A stretch of DNA of 64,000 bases, taken from positions 26,786,001-26,850,000 of the forward strand of contig NC_086108.1 of the NCBI RefSeq assembly GCF_963921235.1. Reading direction: 5' to 3'. The notes beneath the pieces were generated by a model. It did no database searches. It saw only the letters and a list, made by a program, of their open reading frames with translations, and had not been told where the DNA came from. The stretch comes from Mobula hypostoma. Taxonomy: Eukaryota. Both the position numbers and the translations under genes were made by a program. Below, piece after piece: positions 50,020 to 63,239 of the stretch; the stretch's first letter is position 1; every line of letters starts with the position of its first letter.

Positions 50020-51030
50020 AAATTCAAAGCAAATTTATTGTCAAATTCACTACATGCAACCCAGATATTAATTTTCTTGTGGGCATTCACAGTAATTACA
50101 GAGAAATGCAACAGGATCAATGAACGATTACACACAAGATAGACAAACAACCAATGTGCAAATTGCAACAAGTTCTGCAAAATAATAATAACAAATAAGT
50201 AAGCAATAAATGTCAAGAACATGAGATGAAGAATCCTTGAAGTTGAGTCCATGGGTTGTGGGTGCAGCACACAAGTTCCATTGCAAAGAAAGCAGAGCAG
50301 TCCTTTTCTTAGAAGTTTGCAAAGTTCAGTGATGGAGCAATTGAAGTTGAGTGAAGTGATTCCCTTTGATGCAAGGGCCTGGTGGTTAAGGGATAATAAC
50401 TATTCCTGAACCTGATGGTATGCGTCCTGAGGCTCCTGCACCTTCTTCCTGTTGGCAGCTGTGAGAAGAAAGCATTGTCTGGGTGGTTGTTGGCAGGAGG
50501 CGGGGGATGGTGGTCCTTAATGATGGATGCTACTTTCCCGTAAGAGAGCTCCAAGTACGGAGATGTGCTCAATGGTGCAGAGAGCTATAGCCCAGATGGA
50601 CTGGGCTGTAACCACTACTTTTTGTAAGTTTTTCCACTCAAGATCATTGGTGTTTCCATACCAGACCATAATGCAACCAGTCAATATATTCTCCACCGCA
50701 CATCTATAGAAGTTTGCCTAAGTTTTAGATGATATGTTAAAACTTTGCAAACTACTAAGAAAAGGACTGCTGTGCTTTCTTTTTAATGGAACTAGTGTGC
50801 TGCGCGCAGAACAGAACCTTGAAATGATAATGCTGAAGCATTTGAAGTTGCTGACCCTCCCCACCTCTGAACAGCCGATGAAGATTGGCTCATGGATCTC
50901 CGACTTCCTCCTCCTTTGGTGAATAATCAGCTCGTTAGTCTTACTGCCATTGAGTGAAAGGTTGTTGTGACACCACCTTACCAGATTTTCAATCTCCCTC
51001 CTATACAGCGATTCATCACCACCTTTGTCA
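50020..51030 (-). mobile_element. Rex1/Babar LINE (decayed)
   Basis: YRREIENLVRWC..SKTNELII, FSQLPTGRRCRSL..NSYYP. Confidence 0.8.
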
Positions 51031-52959
51031 CAATGAAGCGTCATTAATTTGAAACATTAGCTCCATTTCACTATCCACAGGTGTTTCCCGACCAGCTGGG
51101 TGTTTCTAGAATATTCTGTTTTTATCTAATAATCTGCCTACTGAATGTCCTGAAAACTCCGATTATCCATGAAATATATTAGCTGTCTCATTATTGACCA
51201 GTTAGTGAACTCAGGATAGCTTTGGACTACTGCAAGGTGTTACTGGTGGCCTGCCTTTGAGTTTTTGTTCTACATTAATTCCAATTATTTCAACACAAAT
51301 GAAATTATAATTGTTGTGCAAATATTTGCATTAATGTTGGATTCCCTTTGTTTTTTTTTCAAACTTCACAAAATTACAATGCCTGCCAAAGCCAAAATCT
51401 GCCTTCTTTAAGTATTTTCTGCTGTAGTCAATACACAAAGAAGACTGTGTATTGTTGAGTGAGACAGAAGTTAGTTTTTAAGTCTAAACACAACTGCAAT
51501 GCATTTGGATCAGGATTCAGAGAGGGAACCAAGACTTGAGCTCTGGCCAAAAGAACCATTCATGAGAAGTGACAAACAATCACAGAGCATTCAAAGGGGG
51601 AATTGTTTTTGCACATCTTCCTGGCAGTTAATTAGCTAATCAGCCTCCTATTATACTAAGTTCAATTTTTCACCTCATTCTAAAAGCTGTTCTTTGGTAA
51701 GGTCCAAGCCAATTGGAAATCAAATAATTACATAAGATTTAGCATAAAAATAGTATTTCCTTATGATTGTAGCTGCACCAGTGCTTGGTCTCATTTCCCA
51801 GTCCATCCAAAGGAATATATATTCTACATTCAATTATCTTAAGGAAATAACCTTTTTCAGTGGAATTCTGTATTATAATATGTATGGGGAAGGTTGAGAT
51901 CATGAGATTGGGAAGCAAATCTCATTGCTCATTCTGATCCTGCAGGGGTTTGGATGTTGTCTGCTTTAGGACCAAGCTTGAAGCTGACGGAGTCATGATA
52001 CACAATGACAAGTCCAAGGGAACATACATATGCAGAAAGGAATAAAACTAGCTCAGCTGGGACTGGGACTAAAACCTTGTCAAATATAAATGTAAATTAA
52101 AGAAGGCCCGTAATTTATTTTTAAATGAAAGCCAGGCTCAGTTTAAGTATTGAGTTCTGCTGAAATTGTATTACTTGTATAATGTGTTTATGTGGTTTAA
52201 TATTTTATTGGATTTCATATTACACATTCATGATTTACAAACACTTTAAAGCAGGATGCAACAGCCAGCAACCTCTTAACACTTCAAAGACAAGGCAGTC
52301 AGAAAATTACAATGATTGTTGCAGAACAATAGTTCAATATGTTTCTCTTGAATACATTTATAAATTTATTGATGAGAAGTAGCAGTATTAAATCAGTTTC
52401 TTTTCCAGTTGGTGAAAAAAAGCAGTAAGGTGGTAATATTGTTTGTATTTATTGTGAGGGCCATTGTAGCAATGGGTGGGGCATGAGTGTTTGGCATGCT
52501 GACTCTACCAAAGGACTATTTTAAACTGGTCTCCCTTCTTTTGGGCTTGTGGAAGTGGGAGTGGAAAGAAAACAAAACCAAGCAAAGAACCTAGTGCCCT
52601 TTAGATCTCAGACAATTAGTGGCAACAAATTACATTCATGTGTTTTAAAGCTCACTTTATATTTACTGATTTCATGAGAGGGCGGGCATTGCCAACAAGG
52701 TCAATGTTTACTGCCTAACCTTTCTTGCCCTTGAGAAAGTAGAGCTGAGATGCCTAGTTGAAGTGCTGAAGTCCTTCTGATGAACAAACTCACTGGGTGC
52801 TGCTGGGGAAAGATATCCCAGAATTAGACTAAAGAGCCATAGATTTAATATGACATGGAGAAGAAACTGCAGTTGGGAATGTTCCCAAGTGCCAACTACC
52901 CATGTGCTTTTAGGTCGTACACACCAGGGTTTAAGAGGTGCTGTCAGATTACTCTGGGA

Positions 52960-53420
52960 CAAGTAACTCTGCCGTTCCTCCTCATTCCATTGTTTATTTA
53001 CTTGTTTCTATCCTTCACGCAATCCCAGATCCTTTGTTTATCTGGCTATTATGGAGAACTGCCTCCCCTTCATGGACTCTGTCTATACTTCTTGCTGCTT
53101 TGGAAAAGAAGCCAGCACAAAGACACCTCCCATCCCAGTCACTCTTCCTCCCCCCCCACCTTTCCACTACACAGAAGATACAGAGCTTGAAAACATACAC
53201 CATCAGGCTCAAGGGCAGCTTCTACCCTCTTGTTGTAAGACTTTTGAACAGATCTCATGTACAAAAAAGACGAACTCTTGATCTCATGATCTACTCAACA
53301 TGACCATTACATTTTGTTGTCTACGTACACTGCATTTTCCATGTAAATATAACATTATATTCTACATTCTGTTGTTGCTTTGCCTGTTGTACTATTTTGA
53401 TGTATGTATGTTTGGTGTGA
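52960..53420 (+). mobile_element. Rex1/Babar 3' fragment
   Basis: RLKGSFYP..RLLN; homologous to 10910-11070. Confidence 0.65.
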
Positions 53421-54904
53421 TGGTATTGAGTTTGTTGACTGTAAAGTTCTAAACTCAAACAAAGACCTATCCGATATAGATAACTAAAGGAACCGTCACT
53501 AAAAGGAGATTATTCAAAACTACCAAATCTTCAAAGACTAGTTCACTTCCCTGTTTATTAACCACAGTGAGTTTAGCTGCCAATATCCATTATTTGAGTG
53601 GTGAATCCCCCTCTCCCTACCAAGGAGGAGAAAATTCCAGCTAACAATGTAGTTTAAACACAGTTCATTTATTTTTAGTGATAACACTTAAACCGAAACA
53701 GCATACTTAAACTATGTTTAAAACTCACAGAGGATTTCGATTTCATAAAACATTTCCAAATGGCAAATCATTTCTAAGCACAACCCGTTAAACACAAAGC
53801 GCATAGGACAAAGGATTTATATGTAAACCATTCAACACAAAAAGACATACTCACAATCCACAGATGAACCAATTGTCTGTTGCATGTGATATTCTTTTCA
53901 GACACCTTTGAACACAAATGATCTAAAAGCTTCAGGAGACAGAGATCCCAGGTACCCAGAATTAATGCTGTGAAGCTGACTCAGAATTCTGAGTACATAG
54001 ACCTTCTAAGTTATTAATAGATCAGATATTGATATGCTAAATGATAATATCAATCTGGTCTGCAAGCTTCCTTGTACTAAATTTAGCCAGCGTTGTTTAG
54101 TTTGACACAAGCCAAATAAAGTAACCCAATATCTTATACTGCACCTCTTGAACAGTTAGACCAGGTGCTGTGGGGCCAGCAAGTCTGTTTTATATGGAGT
54201 GCTTGCTTGCAAAGCAGTCTTTTTAAATTCGGATTGATTACTACTTGCCATTTACATTAAGAACTGAAGACTGGCTCCCGCTTACAACAGGTAGGTAAAC
54301 AAAGAATATTGGTTGGAAGTTTAACTTATTCAAAAACAACACTTTGATGTTTATAAATGTCAGCTAATATGCTCAGAAAGATGAGCTTAAAAATAAAGCA
54401 AAAAAGGAGACCGCCTTTGGTCCTGGACAGTGATTATCCGTTATAATGGGTGGCACGTAAAACTAAGTTCTTTACAATATCACACACATGAGACAACAAT
54501 AAAGTAATTACCAATTATATCTTTTATCCATTGCATTTCCCAGTCTCTGTGATGGTTTCATCAGTTCACCCCAACATTGCATTTCTAATGAAGAGCCAGT
54601 GGTCTTGTAATTCTTCAATATACAATTCCCCTAGCCAAAGTAACTCCATGCTGGTCTTGAGGGAGCAAGCTCTGATCAGGTATTCAACCATGAGCATAGT
54701 TGCAGGAAGGCATTGGTGGAACCTCTGATTCCAACCAGAGTAAAACTTGTGCATGCAAACCCCACAGCTGACCTTGACTCTCTGATTTTTGCACCATATC
54801 AGGAAATTGGAGATTGGGAAGGCTGTCATATAGAAAACAAAGAGTTGGAATAAAGAGGTCCTTTATAGGCAAAAGGGACGCTACCTCTGGAATACTCCAG
54901 GGTT

Positions 54905-55470
54905 CACATCTTGGTATCAATTGCTTATGCTAATGACCTGAAGGAGGGAGCGAAATGTAGTGTTTCCAAGTTTGCCAATGGTGCAAGAATAGGTGAAAGA
55001 GCATGTCTTGGTGAGGACATTGTGATTCTGCTAAAGAGTATAAAAGCACTGAGTGATTAGTAAAAACCTGGCAAATAGGGATTAATGTGGAGAAGTGTAG
55101 GGTTTTGCACTTTGGTAAGAGAAATCAAATGGCCGATTATTATCAAAATGGAGAGTAGCTACAAGTTCAAAATGAATCACAAAGTTAACAGGCAGGTCCA
55201 TCAAAGAATTAAGAAAGCAAACTGCAATTTGGCCTTTATTGCAGAGGGTGTTGGAGTTTGAAAATGGGGAGAATTTCTGGAATTATATTCCCCAACAGTG
55301 GACACCAGATTATTAGACATAATTAAGAGGGAGATAAATATTTGAAAAACAATGGAATTAAGGATTATGGGGACATGGCACAAAAGATGAACTTGAAGAC
55401 AGCATAGATCAGCCATGATCATAACGAGGGAGCTGCTCAGCTACACTTGCTCCTATTTTCTTGTGTTCCT
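54905..55470 (+). mobile_element. Decayed, internally deleted CR1 fragment
   Basis: TCCAAGTTTGCCAATGG, AATGTGGAGAAGTGT..CACTTTGG, CR1-type 3'UTR. Confidence 0.65.
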
Positions 55471-56539
55471 GTGACTTTCAACTTCTATTTGAGAAACCCT
55501 TTCCCAGTCTCATCTTGCACTCTTGGACATCATATACATATGATAAAAAAGACTACCATTGACATATATGATACACCAACTAATAGGACTGAACATATCC
55601 CATGGTCTGAATGTGACTGGAAGTTAATACCAACAAGGCTATGTTGCAATTGAAAGGCACATACTTTGCATGCATAGCTTCAGGTTCCAGTGAGATTCTA
55701 CCAGAAATCATGTAAAAAGTTTGAACTATACCAGAAAATTGCTGGACCAAAGATTTAAATTGATTTTTACAAAAGAAATAAACCAGATATTTCATACCAA
55801 CAGTAGCCAAAAATGTTTCTTGAATATTTATAAATTGATGTAAATAATATGAATAATCTTTTGTATGTGAATTGAACATTGCATCAAACATTATCTCAAC
55901 TAATATTCAGAAAGTTTCTGTTTAAAGCTATTACAGTGTTAGTTGCTCGGTTGCAGACATAAACAAATCTGTTTGGCAATTAATTAGTATTTTGCTTAGC
56001 GACTCTGAATAAATTATCAACATTCATAATTGACAATTCCAAAGCAGTGCTGGTATTCAGCACTCCTCTTTGTCTGTCTGGCCATCCATCTTATTGAAAT
56101 TCAGGGGCTGAATTCTGACTGGGTTCTCATACTCTCAGCTTTAACAGGATAGTCACAAAAAAACACTGGGACAAATCGCCCTCGAGAGTTTTCACCAAGA
56201 TGACAGAATGAATCCTGTTGACAACAGACTTATTCTAAAGTTAGTGATAAATTGATCATTGGGAGCTGATAAGGGAATACCAGTGAGCAAATACCAGACA
56301 TGATGCTTCTTCCTGCTAATGCACAATTATGTTTACTAATTGACTTTCTCAAGTAGGTAATATTTGGCAGAATTTCTGGGCTGTAAGCACTGGACCTTCA
56401 TTTTCATCTAGGAGGTGGTCAAAAGATCACCTGAGGCTGGAAACAGAGTCATACAATAATGCAGCATTTATTTCTTTATTGTGATATAGCATGGAGAGGC
56501 CCTTGCAACCCTTCAAGCTGCACTTCCCAGCCACACTTG

Positions 56540-57922
56540 ATTGTGAAGAAGCAAAGGCTGGTTAGTAACTCTAAGCCCTATTCAGTGGTCCCCACCCTCC
56601 AGGCGGCGGACCGATACCGAGCCGCAAAGAATGCAGCGGTGCAGCGGTAGCTGGAGCACACCCAGCACATCTTTAAAAAAAAAGCCAAAATAAACAAGCT
56701 AATTAATTAAGTGCCACTCGGCAAGTAAATGTCAGTCCAGATCAGAGGTGACTGCAGATTTCACTTGCTCTACGCGATGTTCACTCCTCTTTCTAGGGCG
56801 CTGGAGCCTTTAGCTGTTCCATTGTTTGGTCAATTTAAACGCCAGCCCAGACCGGCTGAAAAGACAGGGCTGTCAGGATCGAGGTGACATGTTGAATCTA
56901 CACAAACTTCTAATAAAGTATAGGCACTGCTGTGCTTTCTTTGTAATGACAGTTACGTGCTGGTCCCAGGACAGATCCTCTGTCACTTTTCAGAGAGAGA
57001 AACTTTGATCCTTAATGCCGAAGAATTTGAAGTTATTGACCCTCACCACCTCAGTTCCTGTAATGAAGACTGGTTTCTGGGTGGCACCTAATTAATTAGC
57101 TTGTTTATTTCGGCTTTTTTCTTAAAGATGTGCTGAGTGCGCTCCGGCTGCTGCTGCACCCCAGCATGCTTCGCCGCCCGGTATTAGTCCGTGGCCTGGA
57201 GGTTGGGGACCACTGCTCTATATGACTGGAAGAACCGCCATCCTCTTTGGCCGGCAAGGGCAGACTGTGACACCCACGGTGACATGGTTGGTGTCAAACA
57301 TACTGGAGTCTGCTCGTGACTGGAACATGGCTGTCGACCTTGACAAAAGAATAACATTTCCCCCAGAGACGGCCACTACCACCCTCACACCAGATCTGAT
57401 GTTGTGATCCAGCAGTCTGAAGGCTGTAGTAATCTCAGAGCTCACTGTGCCCTGGGAAGATGCCGTCTGCATGGCGTATGAGTGGAAACAGCTAAGATAT
57501 GCTGAACTGGCTGCAGATGCTAAGCAATGTGGATGGAAGGTGAAGATTTCCCCAGTAAGGGTTGGCTGCCGAGGATTTGTGGCTGCTTCCATGGTCAGAT
57601 TGCTGAAGGGATTGGGAATCTGAAGGCAGGGCCAGCGGCGTGTTATGAAAGAACTCTCGGAGGTAGCCGAGCGGAGCAGCCACTGGTTATGGATGAAGAG
57701 GAGTGACGGCAGGCGGGCCCTAAAATGATCCACTGATTGCACTGTTGAGCCGTCTGGAGATGTTGTGGGCTTAAATTGACACAACATCTAAGAGGGGGAG
57801 GTGCCCACCTGATGACCCCTGGGAAGCATCTGCCACCCACCAAGCCCCACCTCAAGATCGCTATGGTGTGACCCAAGTTAGGATCTGCTTGTCAAAGGGA
57901 TTGAAACATCTAGTCCTATGAG
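56540..57922 (+). mobile_element. HERO-clade (R2-Hero) non-LTR retrotransposon 3' part with restriction-like endonuclease
   Basis: 57222-57728 reads ARDW..VDL..FPPE..TLTPDLML*S..ELTVPWE..KQLRYAEL..GW..PVRVGCRGF..AERSSHWLW (PD..E RLE domain). Confidence 0.85.
56583..57215. mobile_element. hAT/Charlie-like MITE with about 135-bp inverted arms
   Basis: CAGTGGTCCCCA..TGGGGACCACTG termini; arms 56583-56717 and 57080-57215; degenerate TSD CCCTAT-T / CTCTATAT; Rex1 fragment inside (about 56885-57078). Confidence 0.85.
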
Positions 57923-58289
57923 TTCTAATTAACCTTAGCTTAATCACGGGACAATTTACCTACCAATTAACCTACCAGTCAGTTCATCCTTCGACTGTGG
58001 GAGGAGCCGGAGACCCAGAGGAAACTCACACGGTCAAGGAGGAGAATGTACAAACTCCTTACAGGCAGTGGCGGGAATTCAACCCTGGTTGCTGGTACTA
58101 TAAAGCATCATGCTGTTCACTACGCTACCGTGCCGTACAGGTCAGGTATAATATATCCTTCATTTACGCATGGGTTTGGTTCCTGAAGCCACTCTGGAAA
58201 GCAATTTTTAAGTTGCTGGATTTCACTGGTACCATATGCACATTTACTGTACTATACTTTGTTGATGATTGCTTAGTGTCATTGAATAA

Positions 58290-58670
58290 TACAATATGGG
58301 AACAGGCTCTGCAACCCAACTGGTTCATGCTGACCAAGATGGCCATCTAAGCTTGTCCCATTTACTCATATCCCTATAATTTTTTCCTATCCATGTCCCA
58401 GTTCAAATGTCATTTAAATTTTGTAATTGTACCCATCTCTACCACTTCATCTGGTAGCTCTTTCCATATGCTCACCTGCCTTTGTGTGAAGAAGTTGCCT
58501 CTTTGGTCCTTTTTAAATATTTCCCTCTCACCTTAAACCGAAGTCCTTTACTTCTTCTTTCCTTTTCTCTGGGGAGAAAAGATTGTGTGCATTCACTCTA
58601 TCCGATTCTCCTCTTGGTTTTATATATCTCTTTCAGGATGCCCTGCAGTTTCCTATGCTGCAAAGACTAA
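58290..58670 (-). mobile_element. CR1 3' end (decayed)
   Basis: GGAACAGGCTC..TCTACCACTTCATCTGGTAGCTC..GTGTGAAGAAGTTGCC. Confidence 0.7.
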
Positions 58671-61600
58671 AGCCCTTCTAAAATTAAATTCGGAATAAAA
58701 TCAGAAAATTGGTGGAAACGTACACCAGGTCAAAAGATGAATAAGATCTAACTTTTCATTCAGAAACTACCTGACCTGCTAAGCATTTCCAATATTTCAT
58801 GTTGGCATGGGGATAAGTTGCTGCAGTGGACAGATATGTTTTCTGAGCAGATTAACAATGTTACTTCTGAAGAAAATCTAGCAAATTATTAATAATTTAT
58901 GTTTTTTACAGGACCTTGAAGAACATGAGATCTCCTTTGGTGCCATCAAAATCTTCTGCCCAGGTGTCCATCCTTACATCCTTTCTTAGCCTGAAGTAGA
59001 AGTATTAAGGTGAAGGTGGATACTTTTTTTTGACTGACTTAGGAACTGGGGGTTTTCAGAAGCTGGCACTAATAGGTGGGGAGGTGGGGGGCGTGAGACT
59101 AATATAAATCAGCCTTAGACGTATTGAATAGTACAGTGGGATTGAGGGGCTGAGTGGCCTACTGTTCTTACTGTGTTCCTTTGTTCTGAATGCCATGCTG
59201 TGTTGAGATAAATGTTTGATACTCGTAGGTCATCAGTTCTGTTTAAACAGGCAGAACTTTCAGATGGCTCCAAACACTTTTTGAAACAATGCATGGATCT
59301 CAAAGGTACAGATCTTTTTCACTCACACTGATCAACCCTTGGATCAGTACGTAGGCTCTCAAGACAAAAGGGAACTCAAGCTATAAAATATAAATTCATG
59401 CAATGAGCTACACTATTTCTGGTTTCAGAATAGTGGAACATCCAAGTTTGTTTATCAAAGTGCCAGTGTGCTACTTGAATGAAAAACTTGTTCATTGAGA
59501 AAATATTGAACTGACAGCAAGAAACATGTTTTCAAATTGGCCAATTTTACATCCTATTCGTTGTACTGGAACTTAAGCCCAGTGCGGCCACTCTGTTAGA
59601 TCAAAGAGCAATTGTGCTGTAAGAAGACTTAGAGGCTTTGAATTCCCACCTGCTTTCAATTTCACTCTTGAACCCTTAACAGTTTGCCCAGCATAGACTG
59701 TTCTTGCCAAAATCACAACTGTACAGACAACATTTTGATAAATGCAACTCATTGTAAAATTATTTTCAAAAGCTCAGTTCATTGGTGCAACTGTTCTGTT
59801 TTCTGTTGTTCGAGTTTGCCCCTGTTATCCAACCCTCTGTTCTACTATTACACTGACCTCTGCTGGTAAGTCATAGGGAATGACTTTGGATCTGCAATTC
59901 CCCAACCTCGTCTGTTTTTATGTGCGCAGGATGTAAATAAGTTGTCAGTCTCCTGCTCCCTTGGACAGTTTTGTATTTTTGTCTTAATTAGAAATCTCTG
60001 CTGTTTCTCTTGCAAGTATCCACTCTAGTTTTCATTGATTTGATCATATTCTTGGTTGTCCTTTCACCATAAATGGTTTCCACATTTTCTTCTCTCTTGA
60101 TCTCTTTTCAATGCTGGCAAGTAATGGGATTTCCTGCCAAGTAGCTTTCCTGTTTTATGTATTCTCTGGGTTTATCTTTGACACCACAAACAAACTTTGC
60201 TGTTCATTTCTAACTTGCTTGGTATGGGCAGTAGTCTTTCTGAATGCCCAGGTAACTAAATTGGGAATTCTACACTAGTAAAAATGGAGCCATTGCAATG
60301 CAGAAATGCTACAAATAATGTAGTAAGGCCACTTAGTAATTGAACTAGGAATGCCACTAATCTCAGTTGCAGAGGTTTGGTATATAAGGTACATTACTGA
60401 ACAACACCTCCAAGGATGTGGATTTGAGGGGGTTAGTGTCAATATATTCTGTTGTGAAAAATATGCGTACCATGCATCTGTAGCTGTGTACTGGATATAT
60501 GAAATAGAAGTTAACTCTGATATAAATTAAGATGCAAATCTCTTACTATTCTTGGCTGACTGCTATAGTATTTTTTTTTACTAATTTCACTGTTATCCTA
60601 GAACAGCATGCCAAAATTGCAAATATCTTCCTGTGCAGTTGAGAATTGTTATTAAAATAATGCAGCTGGGGCTCCTGATAACAAACATCATATTACAATT
60701 GGTGTCTTCCTTGTGCTTATCATTTTAATACTTTCAAAAAAACTTGGAACACATCTCCTTTGCAAAATGTTGAAAATTCTGAAGATTTCTTCACAACATA
60801 GAAGGAAACCATTTTGGCCTATTGTGTTCATGCTGACACACAGAGCATCTCAAGCAGGCTTCAATTATACCGTAGCCCAAGAAGAATATTCAACCTGTCT
60901 CAATGACTATCACCAGTAGCACTTAGAACCACAGTGATGAAGTGCATTGAGAGGTTGATGATGAAACATTTCAGTTTCTGCCTGAGGAGTGACTTGGATC
61001 CGCTCCAATCCATTGCAACAGGTCAACATGAAGCTCAAGGTAGTTTATGATGACATGACATATATCTACTTTGGTAATCATTTTACTTTGAATTTTGAGA
61101 GAAGAGAGAAAGGTAGTGCAGTGGCTACATAGCTCCACTGACCGCAGATCAATCCTGACCACTGGTACTGTCCACCTTGAACTTGCATATTCTCCCAGTG
61201 ACTGTGGTTTATCTCAATATTTATAAGAGGTTGTTCATTATCTCCCATGATTAACAAATTACTGGCTGGTATGTTGATTAGGCAATGAAAGTTATTCCTA
61301 GAGAGTAGAGAATCAGGGCATATCAGCTTGTATGGAGCTAATTGAGTGATGGGCTGGCTCCAAAAGCCACCTGAGCATTATAGGCGGAATGGCTTTCTTT
61401 TATGTCAAGAGGTGTGGAAATGATACGGTGTTATGGAGTTTGCATGGAAGTGATGTAGGTAGGAACCAAGCACATGAAGTACAAGCCATTCCTTTAGATT
61501 GTGATCAGATTTGGCCAATTAGAGTTGAACAAAAAAAAGGTAACTTTTAGATATGGCTCATAGCTGCAGTGACCCAGGTTCAATCCTAGTCTCCTCTACT

Positions 61601-62464
61601 CTACATGCAGAGTTGCACATTCTCTCTGACACTGCCTGTGTGCTTTAGTTTCCTCACACATCCCAAAGACTGGTGGGTCAATTGGCCACCATTAGTTTCC
61701 CTCCATGCACTGGGGGGGGGTAATAATTTATCAGGAGGGGACAGCATGGATGGGTAGTATAAAAATTAGATTTGTGTAGGACAGGTATGAACGGGTAATG
61801 TCAGTTTGGACACTGCAGCAAGAGTCTATCTACATATTGTAGTGACCATGATTCTCCATGTGAAGCCCTTCATTTCAGCTGGAGCCTGACCTGAGATGGC
61901 CAAAATATCATGCCCAGCAAAAGTTGGGAGCACCCTGTCCTTGCTCCTCTCCTTGAGTACCAAGCTAACAGAAAACCATTTTAGACAAAATGTATATTGT
62001 TCTTTCATTTCCTTAAACTTTCACTTAATTGAGCTGCATAGAGTATATTCTAAAACTAGATCTGCTTTTGGACCTCCAATTTTTCATAATATCCTTGTTT
62101 CATTATCATCTGTTGTAGCTCAGATAGAGAGGATACTCTTGATTCTGAAACATAGTTCCAACCTGCTTATGTCTTTCTTCCACATCTTTTTCTGATTTAT
62201 AGCGGCACCGGTGAATTATTTGACAGCTCAGCCCCACATCAAGCATATGTCTCCATTTCTGCTGTAGCTCACTGATACCATTTTGATCAGTACATAACAG
62301 GTACTTCAAGCAGAAGTTATGTTTTTCATTTCCCAGGTGATGTATTCACTGATACTCTGACAACTCTACTGAGATTAAAGTGTTTGAATACAGCTGCTAG
62401 TAACTTCTTCCAAGCTATTAAAACTTAGTTTTCTCTCTCTGTTCAAAGGATTCCTGTTTCACTC

Positions 62465-63165
62465 ATCATCATCAGTTGCCATGCCCAGTTTGAGCTTTGA
62501 CTGCCATGGCCCACACACTCCTGTTTCGGGTCAAGTGGATCAATTCATTGGTATTCATTTCCAGTTCTCTGGCTGCTGTCTCCATCATCATTTGTCTTTG
62601 TCTTCCTCTTGCTTTCTTCCCTTCAATCTTTCCCATAATTACCGTGCATTCTAACTCCTCTTTCCTAATCACATGTCCAATGAAGTTACGTTGCCTTTTC
62701 ATGATCTCATACATTATTTCTCTTTTTGTGTTTGCTCTGTTCATGACATCCTCGTTAGATATTTGCTTCGTCCATGAGGTTCTTTGCACCCTCCTCAAAA
62801 ACCACATCTCTGCTGCTACAATTCATTCCCTCATGTTACTAGATATTGTCCAACATTCTGATCCATATAACATAACTGGATAAACGTAACATTTCAGTAC
62901 TCTGAGGCGGGTTGTTGTGCCTAGTTTAGTGTTGGTCAGTATACCCTTCATTCTCAAAAAGGTGTCTTTTATCATCCCTATTCTTATTTTGATGTCCATG
63001 TCGCACCTGCCATCTGATGTCACCCAGCTTCCTAAGTAGCAAAAGTTCTGTACTTTTTTATGTCTTCCCCATTTATTCTCAGTCTGCAGATAGGATTCTC
63101 CTTCCTTGTGGATATCACCATACATTCTGTCTTTTTGCAATTGATAGATCGACCCATTTTTTTGT
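62465..63165 (-). mobile_element. RTE-clade LINE, 5'-truncated
   Basis: FCYLGS..DIKIRIG..LYGSECW, MWFLRR..GHVIR..GKKARGRQR; (TGA)n tail; 11-bp TSD CTGTTTCACTC (62454-62464, 63166-63176). Confidence 0.93.
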
Positions 63166-63239
63166 CTGTTTCACTCGGACAAAGCTTTTAGGCCTATTTG
63201 ATCTTATCCTTTTATAAGTGTTCCTTATTTTCTTTCTAT

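Larger units (their letters stand above)
56465..58135 (-). mobile_element. V-SINE split by HERO/hAT inserts (head 57925-58135, tail 56465-56538)
   Basis: The two halves join colinearly with the copy at 39057-39250. Confidence 0.7.
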
